A stretch of DNA of 48,498 nucleotides. It comes from an uncultured Pseudomonadales bacterium. GTDB lineage: Bacteria; Patescibacteriota; Microgenomatia; UBA1400; MFAQ01. Below the pieces are notes generated by a model. The model was given only the letters and a program-made list of their open reading frames with translations. It did not search any database and was not told where the DNA came from. The stretch lies in the NCBI GenBank assembly GCA_964638575.1, contig CAZWYN010000002.1, positions 1 to 48,498 on the forward strand. The letters are read 5' to 3'. Made by a program: the position numbers and the translations under genes. Positions within the stretch are counted from its first letter, which is position 1; each line of letters opens with the position of its first letter. This document shows, in pieces, positions 20,015-28,683 of this stretch.

Positions 20015-20539
20015 TTACTCAAAATTCGACCAGATATCAACCACATCGTCAAGGTTGCTTAAAGCCTCCAATAGCTCTTCCGTTCTAATTTTAGACTCTT
20101 CATCAAGCTTAATCATCGGAATCGGAGAAATCGACTTCATATACGAGACAGATCCCGGACCACCCATTTTTGCCTCGTGTTTATTCAAAACTGAGTTTAT
20201 TTCTGCGGCAGTCCTGTTTCGGTTATCGGATACTGCCGTAACCAAAATTCCCACACCGTCACGGCTATACGCCTCATAAACTACCTCTTCGGAAATATTT
20301 TCCCCACCGACACCCAAACCTTTTTCAATTGCCCGCTTAATATTTTCCATTGGCATGTTAACTGCTCTGGCTTCGTCAACACAAGCTCTCAAAAAAGGAT
20401 TGCCGTTAATATCACCAGATCCTCCCTTTTTGACGGCTATATGAATCTTTTTTGCAATTTTTGTAAAAACCGCACCGCGTTTATTATCTTCAATCGCTTT
20501 TTGATGTTTTATGGTGGACCACTTGGAATGACCGGACAT
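20015..20539 (-). CDS. yebC: YebC/PmpR-family protein (short form)
   Basis: MSGHSKWSTIKHQKAIEDNKRGAVFTKIAKKI...VSDNRNRTAAEI. At 174 aa it is shorter than the usual roughly 240 aa. Confidence 0.85.
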   Translation of the reverse strand: MSGHSKWSTIKHQKAIEDNKRGAVFTKIAKKIHIAVKKGGSGDINGNPFLRACVDEARAVNMPMENIKRAIEKGLGVGGENISEEVVYEAYSRDGVGILVTAVSDNRNRTAAEINSVLNKHEAKMGGPGSVSYMKSISPIPMIKLDEESKIRTEELLEALSNLDDVVDIWSNFE

Positions 20540-20594
20540 GTCTCAATTCTACCAAACAATCTACAGCTTGACATTAGACATATTTATCTTTAAT

Positions 20595-21314
20595 ATGGCT
20601 TCCAGCATGAACAATGATTCTACGCACGATTTAACACAGGAAGCAATAAAAGCCGCTGTCAGTAAAAACTGGAACGAAGCAATAAGCTTAAACACCAAAA
20701 TTTTGGAAACTTATCCCGAAGACATCTCTACCCTAAACCGTCTTGGTATCTCCTACTCCATGATCGGTAAAAACAAAAAGGCAGAAGAAAATTTTAATAA
20801 AGTTCTCAAGATCGACATTCACAATCCCATCGCCAAAAACAACTTAGTCCGCTTAAAGGCCAACAAGACTACCGGTCTTTTAAACCCCTTCATCCAAACG
20901 GTCAGCTTTATTGAAGAGCCGGGTAAATCAAAAGTTGTTCCTCTTGTCAGCCAAGCTGAGCCAAAGATCTTTTCCGCTCTTAATATAGGTGAACCGGTCG
21001 AACTGGAAAACTGCAAACACAAAGTAAAAGTTTCCGATACGAAAAACATCTTTATTGGCTACCTCCCCGATAATATTTCCCACCGCCTTCTCCAGCTTTT
21101 AAAATCCGGCTACAAATATAAAACCGTTATGAAGTCTGTCAATCCCAAAACCCCCCAGGTGTTCATTCAGGAAATGCACGCTGCCAAACGGCTTAAGGGT
21201 GTTCCCTCATTTCCTCTTGACGACAACGAAATTCTTCCCTCTCTCTCCGCTGGAGAGTCAAGCGAGCTTCCTCCTCTGGAAATCTACGACCCTCTTATGG
21301 GTGAAGATGGCTAA
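20595..21314 (+). CDS. TPR-repeat protein with a possible HIRAN-like C-terminal domain
   Basis: TPR units are visible (AISLNTKILETYPEDISTLNRLGISYSMIGKNKKAEENFNKVLKID). The C-terminal GEPVEL...IFIGYLPDNISHRLLQLLKSG resembles HIRAN, tentatively. The ORF opens at 20538, but the ATG at 20595 avoids overlapping the yebC start. Confidence 0.55.
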   Translation: MASSMNNDSTHDLTQEAIKAAVSKNWNEAISLNTKILETYPEDISTLNRLGISYSMIGKNKKAEENFNKVLKIDIHNPIAKNNLVRLKANKTTGLLNPFIQTVSFIEEPGKSKVVPLVSQAEPKIFSALNIGEPVELENCKHKVKVSDTKNIFIGYLPDNISHRLLQLLKSGYKYKTVMKSVNPKTPQVFIQEMHAAKRLKGVPSFPLDDNEILPSLSAGESSELPPLEIYDPLMGEDG

Positions 21315-21316
21315 AT

Positions 21317-22207
21317 TTATTTTATCCAAATCCTCACTTTTCCGTCTCCATCTATAGCCTTCGGCTGAGCAATTTTAGTACAGCCAACTTGTTCCTTCAA
21401 TACTTTTTCGGTCATCTCGTATCTCCTATCCGTACTATACATGCAGCCTTTTTTTTCCTCATCTACATTTTCCTCCGCATCGGCCTTCAGTTCAATCACA
21501 TGCATTCCGGCCGACTCCAGTTGGTTAGCCAAGATACTCCCCATCCCGGGAATACCTGACACATTATTAATTGATATATCCGCATTTTCATCAAGTATGG
21601 GTTCAATGACAAACTTATTTTTTGTCCATAAACTCATTGTCTGATTAAACTCTTTAAACTCTTTCCCGTCGGGATCCGTTACTTTATTAAACACCGACTC
21701 CGGTATCGTCATTTCCAACACCTTTTTGGACTTTACCGCATCGGCCATAAACTGTCTAATAAGCATTCTGTCACGAATACTCAAATCAGTTTTTAAACTT
21801 ATCGAAAACATCTTTCCCAGCACGTTTTCTATTGCCGAGACGTCGTCAATTTTAATAGTCCTGGAGATTACCACTCCCATTGCCTGGCCTAAAGACTTTT
21901 CCATGTTTTCATAGGGTTTCTTTTCCGACACTCCGTAATTCCATACCGACACCAGTGGATAAAGAGCTTCGGAATTGAATACTTTTATCCGAATATTTTT
22001 CGACATATTTATCCAGCCCACCATTTCTTCTTCCGGTCGGAGCAACAGTACGCTTACACTATCCTCCCCCACTATCGCTACGTTAAGACCCATTTTTGGG
22101 CTGTAGATTCCTCTTCTGGTCACATCATAAACCAACAGTCCCAAAAGCACTATCAAAAATGTACTCCCCAGTATCAATAATAGTTTGTCTTTAATACTCA
22201 CCCTCAT
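21317..22207 (-). CDS. membrane-anchored protein with a LytR_C-like C-terminal domain
   Basis: It has an N-terminal TM helix. The C-terminal ISINNVSGIPGMGSILANQLESAGMHVIEL resembles the LytR/CpsA/Psr C-terminal domain. Confidence 0.45.
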   Translation of the reverse strand: MRVSIKDKLLLILGSTFLIVLLGLLVYDVTRRGIYSPKMGLNVAIVGEDSVSVLLLRPEEEMVGWINMSKNIRIKVFNSEALYPLVSVWNYGVSEKKPYENMEKSLGQAMGVVISRTIKIDDVSAIENVLGKMFSISLKTDLSIRDRMLIRQFMADAVKSKKVLEMTIPESVFNKVTDPDGKEFKEFNQTMSLWTKNKFVIEPILDENADISINNVSGIPGMGSILANQLESAGMHVIELKADAEENVDEEKKGCMYSTDRRYEMTEKVLKEQVGCTKIAQPKAIDGDGKVRIWIK

Positions 22208-23873
22208 AAGTACTCCTTAAAACACCGTCCTGTTTCTTTTTATACTTAGCTAAAATATTTTTATCTCTTCCGTATTTCTTAATCACCTGCCCCATGTGCC
22301 AGCCGCTAACAAAATGCGGGAAGATCACATAAGCAACACCGGCATGATAAAGTTCCTTAGCCTGAGCCAAACTTTCCGCATCCGCGATTACCGGTACTTC
22401 AATCTTCCGATTTTTTAACTCCGAAATTAAAGATAGTGAATCATTTAGACTTTTTATGGTTGATATTACCATCTTGGCCTCTGCAATATTAGTCAGTTCC
22501 AAAACATCTGGATCGGTCGCATCGGCAAAAATAACCACCTCCCCTTTCTTCTTTAGATCAGCCACTACCTGTGGATTAAAATCCACCACCACCGTTTCTT
22601 CACCCATTTTCCTCAAAAATGACAGGATACTCTTTCCGGTTCTATCTCCCCCAAAAAGAACGACATGATCCCTGTGCTCAACTTTTATTTGCTTGTTTTT
22701 CCCGCTGAATTTGAACAGTAACTTCGATATTTTACTTATCTTAATACTTAGTTTTTCGGAATTGCTTATTAAAACAGTCGATAGCGCCATCGAAAACAAA
22801 CCTGCCAAAGTCACTGCCCTGACCAAGGGTTCATTCCACAATCCGGTGACAAGTCCAGCCGACATTATCACCAAAGAAAACTCTGATACTTGCGTCATAT
22901 TGATACCAAGCATTAGTGCATTTCTACCACTCAGGCCAGCAAGTCTCGACACCATATGAGTTATCAAAAACTTTACCAAAATGATCATTGGGACAAGAAC
23001 TAACAATAATTTCCAGTCCACACCTCCCAATCCAACTTGAAATCCTAGTAAGACAAAAAACATCGTTAGGAACACGTCCCGCAAAACTCTGATCTTACTA
23101 ACTATTTGAAAATGCCCCCAACTGGTCGATAGTGACAAGCCCGCCAGAAGTCCGCCAATCTCTGGAGATAAGCCCAAAAGCTTCACCGAGCCAAAGAGGA
23201 CCAAAGCAAACCAAGATAAGCTGAACAATACCAGGTCCTCCGCCGTTTTAATCACGTATTTCATCAGCTGCGAAATCAAAAAATGACCGACAATATTAAC
23301 TGCCAGAACCAACAACAAAAGTTTTACCAAAAGCGTTCCTAAACCAAAAGCGTTTGCTGCCCCTCCGGCACTTGGTAAAAAGACCAACAAGCCAATAGCC
23401 AGAATATCTTGAAGGAGCAAAATTCCCAACGTCAGTCTTCCCGAATAACTTTCGAGCTCTTTTTTTTCGGACAGTACCTTAACCACCACGATAGTACTGC
23501 CAAAAGTCATCGCTACAGCAAAAAACACAGCCGCCAAAGGCGAGAGGCCTATCGCGAACAAGCCAAACACCACGAAAACTGCAGCCAACAGCAATGTCTG
23601 TCCAAAGAACACCAATACCGCTTCTTTACCTACCTTGCGAATCTCTGTCCAGTTCATCTCTAAACCTACCAAAAACAGTAACAGCGTCACTCCTAAAGTC
23701 CCCAAAATTTCCAACACTTCCACACTCGGCGAGCTAATGAAACCGGATAACCCAATGGCAAATCCGGACAAAACGTGACCAATAATCGAAGGCAAACCAA
23801 AATAACGAAAGATAATCCCCACCAAGACAGCAATCACAAACACTGCCACCAGTTCAACAATAAACAAATCCAT
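22191..23873 (-). CDS. cation:proton antiporter (CPA2/Kef-type) with a C-terminal RCK/TrkA-N domain
   Basis: About 12 TM helices are followed by a Rossmann-like VVLFGGDRTGKSILSFLRKMGEETVVVDFNP. Confidence 0.85.
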   Translation of the reverse strand: MDLFIVELVAVFVIAVLVGIIFRYFGLPSIIGHVLSGFAIGLSGFISSPSVEVLEILGTLGVTLLLFLVGLEMNWTEIRKVGKEAVLVFFGQTLLLAAVFVVFGLFAIGLSPLAAVFFAVAMTFGSTIVVVKVLSEKKELESYSGRLTLGILLLQDILAIGLLVFLPSAGGAANAFGLGTLLVKLLLLVLAVNIVGHFLISQLMKYVIKTAEDLVLFSLSWFALVLFGSVKLLGLSPEIGGLLAGLSLSTSWGHFQIVSKIRVLRDVFLTMFFVLLGFQVGLGGVDWKLLLVLVPMIILVKFLITHMVSRLAGLSGRNALMLGINMTQVSEFSLVIMSAGLVTGLWNEPLVRAVTLAGLFSMALSTVLISNSEKLSIKISKISKLLFKFSGKNKQIKVEHRDHVVLFGGDRTGKSILSFLRKMGEETVVVDFNPQVVADLKKKGEVVIFADATDPDVLELTNIAEAKMVISTIKSLNDSLSLISELKNRKIEVPVIADAESLAQAKELYHAGVAYVIFPHFVSGWHMGQVIKKYGRDKNILAKYKKKQDGVLRSTYEGEY

Positions 23874-23882
23874 TACTCCATT

Positions 23883-24614
23883 CTAATCGGAAACCATCCT
23901 CTTAAGCAATATCTCGCAATCAACCGGCAAAGGAGCCACTATCTCCAGTTCCTCGCCCGAAAAACTTTTGAAGGCTATTCTTTCGGCATGCAGGAAATGG
24001 TGGCTCAAAAACTCTCGATCCCTCTCAGCCAACTCTTTATTTAAATACTTCTCATCCGCAAAGATCGGCCAACCCAAAAAGGACAAATGGACTCTGATCT
24101 GATGAGTTCTTCCTGTTTTTAAATTCAAACGAAGGTAGGTTAGTGCATTCTTCCAGTGTTCCGAGTTTTCGTATCGGAATCGTTTCAATACCTCCCATGA
24201 AGTAACTGCTTTTTTTCCCTCGTAGTGAACCTGCCATTTTTCCCGATCAAACAAACTTCGTTTCATCGGTAAAATCACCGTTCCTTCACTAGGCTCCACC
24301 CTCCCATGAACCAAGGCGACGTACTCCTTGGTGAGTTTTCGTTCCTTAAATAATTTCAAATAGTATCGCAAAGCATCCGGATTCTTGGCAATTAAAAGAC
24401 AGCCGCTCGTTTCTTTATCCAGTCGGTGGCAAAAACCGCTTCTCTGACGAAACAACTTGTCCGTATACTGAAAAAACTTCTCTCCCTGCCTCTCCTCAAT
24501 CCAGTCCTGCACCGTTGGTGCATTTACCGAGTCGGCGCGATTCACTACCAATCCCACCGGTTTATTGATTACCAGCGTCTCGTTGTCTTCGTAGAGTACC
24601 TCTATTTCCATCAA
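23883..24614 (-). CDS. RluA-family pseudouridine synthase
   Basis: Contains HRLDKETSGCLLIAKN (catalytic Asp) and GRTHQIRVHL. Confidence 0.85.
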   Translation of the reverse strand: MMEIEVLYEDNETLVINKPVGLVVNRADSVNAPTVQDWIEERQGEKFFQYTDKLFRQRSGFCHRLDKETSGCLLIAKNPDALRYYLKLFKERKLTKEYVALVHGRVEPSEGTVILPMKRSLFDREKWQVHYEGKKAVTSWEVLKRFRYENSEHWKNALTYLRLNLKTGRTHQIRVHLSFLGWPIFADEKYLNKELAERDREFLSHHFLHAERIAFKSFSGEELEIVAPLPVDCEILLKRMVSD

Positions 24615-24972
24615 CTCCCAGTATATACGACACCACCCCCAAACTAATAAGGACGTCGCTTAAATTAAAACAGAAAGGTAAAAAGGGCAAGCAGATATAA
24701 TCCCACACACTTCCCCAAATAAATCTATAGAAAATATTCCCCAATCCCCCTAAAGCAACCAAAAATAAAGACGGTCTAAACCTCCTGAATTTAATCAACT
24801 CAAACAAAAACCATCCGATAAACAAGCTAAGGGCTATAAAAGAAATAATATTCCCGATTTCCGAAGCCATCCCAAAAGATACTCCCCTATTCTCTAACCC
24901 AATGTCGGATGCGCGAAATACTGTCTGAAAAACCAAATCCAACAGTAGAATTAAAACACCTCTAAAAATCAC
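24562..24972 (-). CDS. lspA: lipoprotein signal peptidase (signal peptidase II)
   Basis: Four TM helices, LGGLGNIFYR and FNLSDVLISLG motifs. This is the conserved lspA-rluD-type gene pair. Confidence 0.75.
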   Translation of the reverse strand: MIFRGVLILLLDLVFQTVFRASDIGLENRGVSFGMASEIGNIISFIALSLFIGWFLFELIKFRRFRPSLFLVALGGLGNIFYRFIWGSVWDYICLPFLPFCFNLSDVLISLGVVSYILGVDGNRGTLRRQRDAGNQ

Positions 24973-25358
24973 TCTCCCGACTTCTTTTCCATCTTTCTAG
25001 CACACTCCATACAGTACTCAGCCGTTGGTGTCACCGCCAGTCTATCGGTATCAATCATTTTTCCGCAATTACTGCAAATGCCGTATTTTCCTAACTTAAT
25101 CCTCGTTAATGTTTTTCGGATTGCTATCAGGGACTTGGATACCTGTAGTCTCATAGCAAAAGATCTGTCATGCTGTACATTCTCGGCCACATCCGAGTCC
25201 ACCGAGTTATCGGCATCTCTATTTCCGGTCACAAAAGGATCAACTTTTTTAAGTTCTTCTTCCGTTACTTTTAATTTCTTTTGTTCCCCTTTCAAGTAAG
25301 CCACTAAGGGTTTTAATAGTTGTGCGGGAAACGATATTTTTTTACTGTTTTTTTCCAT
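24969..25358 (-). CDS. DksA/TraR-family C4 zinc-finger protein
   Basis: A coiled-coil is followed by CSNCGKMIDTDRLAVTPTAEYCMEC. Confidence 0.7.
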   Translation of the reverse strand: MEKNSKKISFPAQLLKPLVAYLKGEQKKLKVTEEELKKVDPFVTGNRDADNSVDSDVAENVQHDRSFAMRLQVSKSLIAIRKTLTRIKLGKYGICSNCGKMIDTDRLAVTPTAEYCMECARKMEKKSGE

Positions 25359-26079
25359 TTTTAAGAATATTTTTTAAATCCTCCGTTATTGTCCTGCCAG
25401 ACCTAATATACACTAAAACCAATCCTCCAACAAACAATATTCCCGACCATAATCCAACTGGCCAAAAGTAGTTTCCGGTCAGAATTTTTTCGGCAAGAAA
25501 CAACAAACCCCACAAAGAAATCGAAAAGCCGGCAACGAATCCTGATCTGGCTGATGTCTTATTATTCCTATACCAATCAAAAGTCCTATATCTCTCTTCT
25601 ACATTCCAAAAATATATAAAGACAAGTAGATATATCAATGCCAAAACTATGTACTGCCACATGAAGGCAAGAACAGCCAAGCCGGCAAGGAAAATTGCTG
25701 TACCGGCCGAAATACCCAAAGCAGTCAAATCAAACCAATCCATAAATTTAACTTTAATTTTCCGCAAACAAAGCCAGAGGCCAAAAGCAACTCCGAGTAT
25801 AACGCCAAAGCGATCAAAACCCGGGTAGTTTGTCAGTAAAAACAGTCTCGATAAATGATTTCCAAACATTCCCATATTCAAGATCGCAAAAACCACTCTT
25901 CCAACAATAAACCCCCAAAACGCTGAAAGCACCACACTGTCCAAAATTGATCTACTCTCAAAATGAGACTCATTGGCTTTCTTAAAAAAAACAAACGACC
26001 CCCACAAATAAGCAATCACAGCCAACAAACCGAAACCGTAAACAGGAATATTATTTATACGTATTATTGCTTCATTCAT
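25342..26079 (-). CDS. divergent prolipoprotein diacylglyceryl transferase-like membrane protein
   Basis: Its size, TM pattern and N-terminal IPVYGFGLLAVIAYL are Lgt-like, and it lies close to lspA. The canonical GR-x-GNF motif is not evident. Confidence 0.4.
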   Translation of the reverse strand: MNEAIIRINNIPVYGFGLLAVIAYLWGSFVFFKKANESHFESRSILDSVVLSAFWGFIVGRVVFAILNMGMFGNHLSRLFLLTNYPGFDRFGVILGVAFGLWLCLRKIKVKFMDWFDLTALGISAGTAIFLAGLAVLAFMWQYIVLALIYLLVFIYFWNVEERYRTFDWYRNNKTSARSGFVAGFSISLWGLLFLAEKILTGNYFWPVGLWSGILFVGGLVLVYIRSGRTITEDLKNILKNGKKQ

Positions 26080-26107
26080 TCAGATTTATTGTATACTAAA
26101 ATTCACC

Positions 26108-26554
26108 ATGCTTTCTATTGCCCACGGCGCAACTGGCGCCTTCATAGCCTCAAAAATCCCCAACCCTCTGATAAGCATCCCCCTCGTTCTTCTTTCTCAC
26201 TATATCGAAGACAGAATTCCTCACTGGGACGTCGGTCAGGGTCTTACGGCCAAAAAAAAATCCCGCAAAGCCGCTTTCCTCCAGGAACTGTTTTTTGATT
26301 TTCCCCTCTCCATCATCGTTGTTTACTATATTTTCCAAGCCGGACATCCATTTGATTGGCGTGTCTGGATGGGATGGTTTGTTGGGCTTACCCCTGATTT
26401 TTTGGAGTTTCCCTATCTCTTCATGGACGCACGATTCTTCCCCATTAAGCAGTTAGCCGCTTTCCATAGCCTGGTCCACCGCTCCACTCCCCATAAACTT
26501 TGGGGTCTTCTTCCTCAGATCTTGGTGATTCTCCTGATCCTACTGCTTAAATAG
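26108..26554 (+). CDS. hypothetical membrane protein
   Basis: 148 aa with several hydrophobic helices and conserved-looking His residues. I could not assign a family. Confidence 0.45.
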   Translation: MLSIAHGATGAFIASKIPNPLISIPLVLLSHYIEDRIPHWDVGQGLTAKKKSRKAAFLQELFFDFPLSIIVVYYIFQAGHPFDWRVWMGWFVGLTPDFLEFPYLFMDARFFPIKQLAAFHSLVHRSTPHKLWGLLPQILVILLILLLK

Positions 26555-26565
26555 TTCTATCGCTC

Positions 26566-27126
26566 TTAGTTCGCTCTTGCCGTATACTGCCCCGTCTCGG
26601 TATTTACCTTAATTTTGTCTCCGACACCAATGAACAAAGGTACATTTACGATAAGTCCGGAAGCAGTTGTGGCAGGTTTAAGTACGTTACTTACCGTGTT
26701 TCCGCGAGCACCCGGCTCAGTCTCGGTGATCTCCATTATGACACTGGCTTGCAGTTCTACACCTAGAATTTTTTCATCCCAGAAAAGTACCCAGGCTTTT
26801 TCACCTTCCACCAAAAACTTCACGTCATCTCCCAAAACAGCCAAGGGAATTTCATACTGTTCAAAAGACACCGGGTCCATAAAATATGCTTTTTCGTCAT
26901 CTTTGTACAAGTACTGGAGGTGTTTCTTTTCCAGAAGAATATCTTCCACCATGTTGCCGGAAATATATCCCTTAGTCACAATCGAACCATTAAAAAGGTT
27001 CTTTGCCTTCACTTTTATCGTTGCATTTCCCCTACCCATCTTGGTAAAGTCATACTTCATTACCCGAAAAGGATTACCTTCTTCGGTAAAAGTGACACCA
27101 ACCTTAAGTTTGTTTACATCAATCAT
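26566..27126 (-). CDS. efp: translation elongation factor P
   Basis: 186 aa. The sequence KVGVTFTEEGNPFRVMKYDFTKMGRGNATIKVKAKNL fits the three-domain EF-P layout. Confidence 0.92.
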   Translation of the reverse strand: MIDVNKLKVGVTFTEEGNPFRVMKYDFTKMGRGNATIKVKAKNLFNGSIVTKGYISGNMVEDILLEKKHLQYLYKDDEKAYFMDPVSFEQYEIPLAVLGDDVKFLVEGEKAWVLFWDEKILGVELQASVIMEITETEPGARGNTVSNVLKPATTASGLIVNVPLFIGVGDKIKVNTETGQYTARAN

Positions 27127-27163
27127 TTGAGTATTCTACTCCCCTTTCGAGGGATTAATAAAG

Positions 27164-27246
27164 TGCCGAGAGAGGGGATCGAACCCTCACGGGATTGCTC
27201 CCACAGGTTTTTGAGACCTGAGCGTATACCATTCCGCCATCTCGGC
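27164..27246 (-). tRNA. tRNA-Leu (anticodon CAA)
   Basis: The hand-folded cloverleaf has acceptor GCCGAGA/TCTCGGC, anticodon stem CAGGT/ACCTG with loop CTCAAAA, a long variable arm and T-arm GAGGG-TTCGATC-CCCTC. CCA is not encoded. Confidence 0.9.
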
Positions 27247-27280
27247 AATACTTGATTTTACCACGCACCGTCCCCCATAT

Positions 27281-27309
27281 TTGACAATTTGAGCTCAACA
27301 TGATATTAT
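27281..27309 (+). promoter_or_regulatory. sigma-70-type promoter with an extended -10
   Basis: TTGACA, 17 nt, TATTAT, with TG-n immediately upstream of the -10. An AGAGGAG SD lies at 27337-27343. Confidence 0.55.
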
Positions 27310-27350
27310 AGGCTCTCAAGCAAATTTACATTCACAAGAGGAGAAAACGC

Positions 27351-28016
27351 ATGGGAAACTTGTTCCCGCAGGAAAGTGGTGACATCTTTGACGTCATGGT
27401 AGGAAGCGGAATCGACGAGACTATATCTGAAGCCATCGCACTCTCGGCGGAAAAGAATCGTCTCATTCGGTTTGAGTTCAATGGCGTGATCGTAAACGTG
27501 AACTCTGACTCGAAAAAAGAGCTCATCTATCGCGACTGGGTTAGGGCCCTCAGGGGCTATATCGACAAAAATGTTGGTCCAAACCCAGACCCCATCCTCA
27601 CAGACAAGCAAAAAGAAAGTGATGCCCGCATCAGTGCCAAAATAAATCTCGAAATCGAAAGGCGTGAAAGGGCACGCAGGGCTGAAGAAGAAGCCAAACG
27701 AGAAGCCGTCAATTCACGTTTGGTCAATGCACCTGAAATTGAACTCCGAGACGAAGCCGGTTGGAAAATGTTTATGGAAAAAAATCAACCCGGAAGTTAT
27801 GGAGGGGCCGTTTTTTTCTATGCAGAACGATGGGCTCAACTCATGCAGATCGAGATGGCTGCCGGAAAGAATCTCGAAGATGTCGCTGCAGCCACCTCAT
27901 TTGACGCCGCCGTTTTCGAAGGCATTACCGGCTTCATGTACGGTTGTGCAGTTACAGCTCTCTCAAAGTGTTGGAAGTATGGCGAACAGCTCCTTCGCTG
28001 GTACGAATCCCAATAA
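27351..28016 (+). CDS. hypothetical 221-aa protein
   Basis: The ORF has a consensus promoter, an SD and a terminator. It has a central charged helix (ERRERARRAEEEAKRE) and no recognisable motif. Confidence 0.6.
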   Translation: MGNLFPQESGDIFDVMVGSGIDETISEAIALSAEKNRLIRFEFNGVIVNVNSDSKKELIYRDWVRALRGYIDKNVGPNPDPILTDKQKESDARISAKINLEIERRERARRAEEEAKREAVNSRLVNAPEIELRDEAGWKMFMEKNQPGSYGGAVFFYAERWAQLMQIEMAAGKNLEDVAAATSFDAAVFEGITGFMYGCAVTALSKCWKYGEQLLRWYESQ

Positions 28017-28028
28017 ACATGTTTGCGC

Positions 28029-28055
28029 AAGACCCCTATTCAGGGGTCTTTTTTT
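28029..28055 (+). terminator. rho-independent terminator
   Basis: AGACCCCT-ATTC-AGGGGTCT followed by T7. It abuts the convergent sod stop codon. Confidence 0.7.
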
Positions 28056-28641
28056 ATCTCTCCCCTACCCACTCCCAGTTCACAATTTTCCACCAGTTAC
28101 TTACATACTCCGCTCTTCTATTTTGATATTTCAAGTAGTACGCGTGTTCCCAAACATCTATTCCCAAAAGCGGTTTTTTCCCTAAAGAAAGTGGGTTGTC
28201 TTGATTTGCTGTAGACATAATCTCTAGTTTCCCTTCGCTATCTTCCACCAACCATCCCCACCCGCTTCCGAACCTTCCTATGGCATTTTTCTCAAACAAT
28301 GCCTTAAACTCGACTAAGCTACCAAACTCCATTTCGATTTTCTTCCCCAGATCAACCGGCATTGTACCTTCTCCCTCTCCCCTCATTTCTTGCCAGTAAA
28401 AATTGTGGTTCCACACTCCCCCGGCATTATTTTTAACCGCCGCCACCTCACTGTTCATTAATTCTTCCAGAGATTTGTCCTGTAAATCCGGCACTCCCTC
28501 CAGTATTTTATTAAGATTATCCACGTAACTCCGATGATGTTTTTCATAATGGATCTCCACCGTCTGTCGATCTATTACCGGCTCAAGTGCATCATAGTCA
28601 TAGGGTAGCTCTTCTAATACAAACGGGTAATGATTACTCAT
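28054..28641 (-). CDS. Fe/Mn superoxide dismutase
   Basis: Contains LPYDYDALEP, IHYEKHH and DVWEHAYYLKYQNRR. Confidence 0.92.
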   Translation of the reverse strand: MSNHYPFVLEELPYDYDALEPVIDRQTVEIHYEKHHRSYVDNLNKILEGVPDLQDKSLEELMNSEVAAVKNNAGGVWNHNFYWQEMRGEGEGTMPVDLGKKIEMEFGSLVEFKALFEKNAIGRFGSGWGWLVEDSEGKLEIMSTANQDNPLSLGKKPLLGIDVWEHAYYLKYQNRRAEYVSNWWKIVNWEWVGER

Positions 28642-28683
28642 AGTTTAGGTAATAATTAATACACTATCAATTTATCACAAAAA

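Noticed and set aside
26615-27130. A 171-aa plus-strand ORF
   Set aside because: It is antisense to efp over its full length, so it is a shadow ORF.
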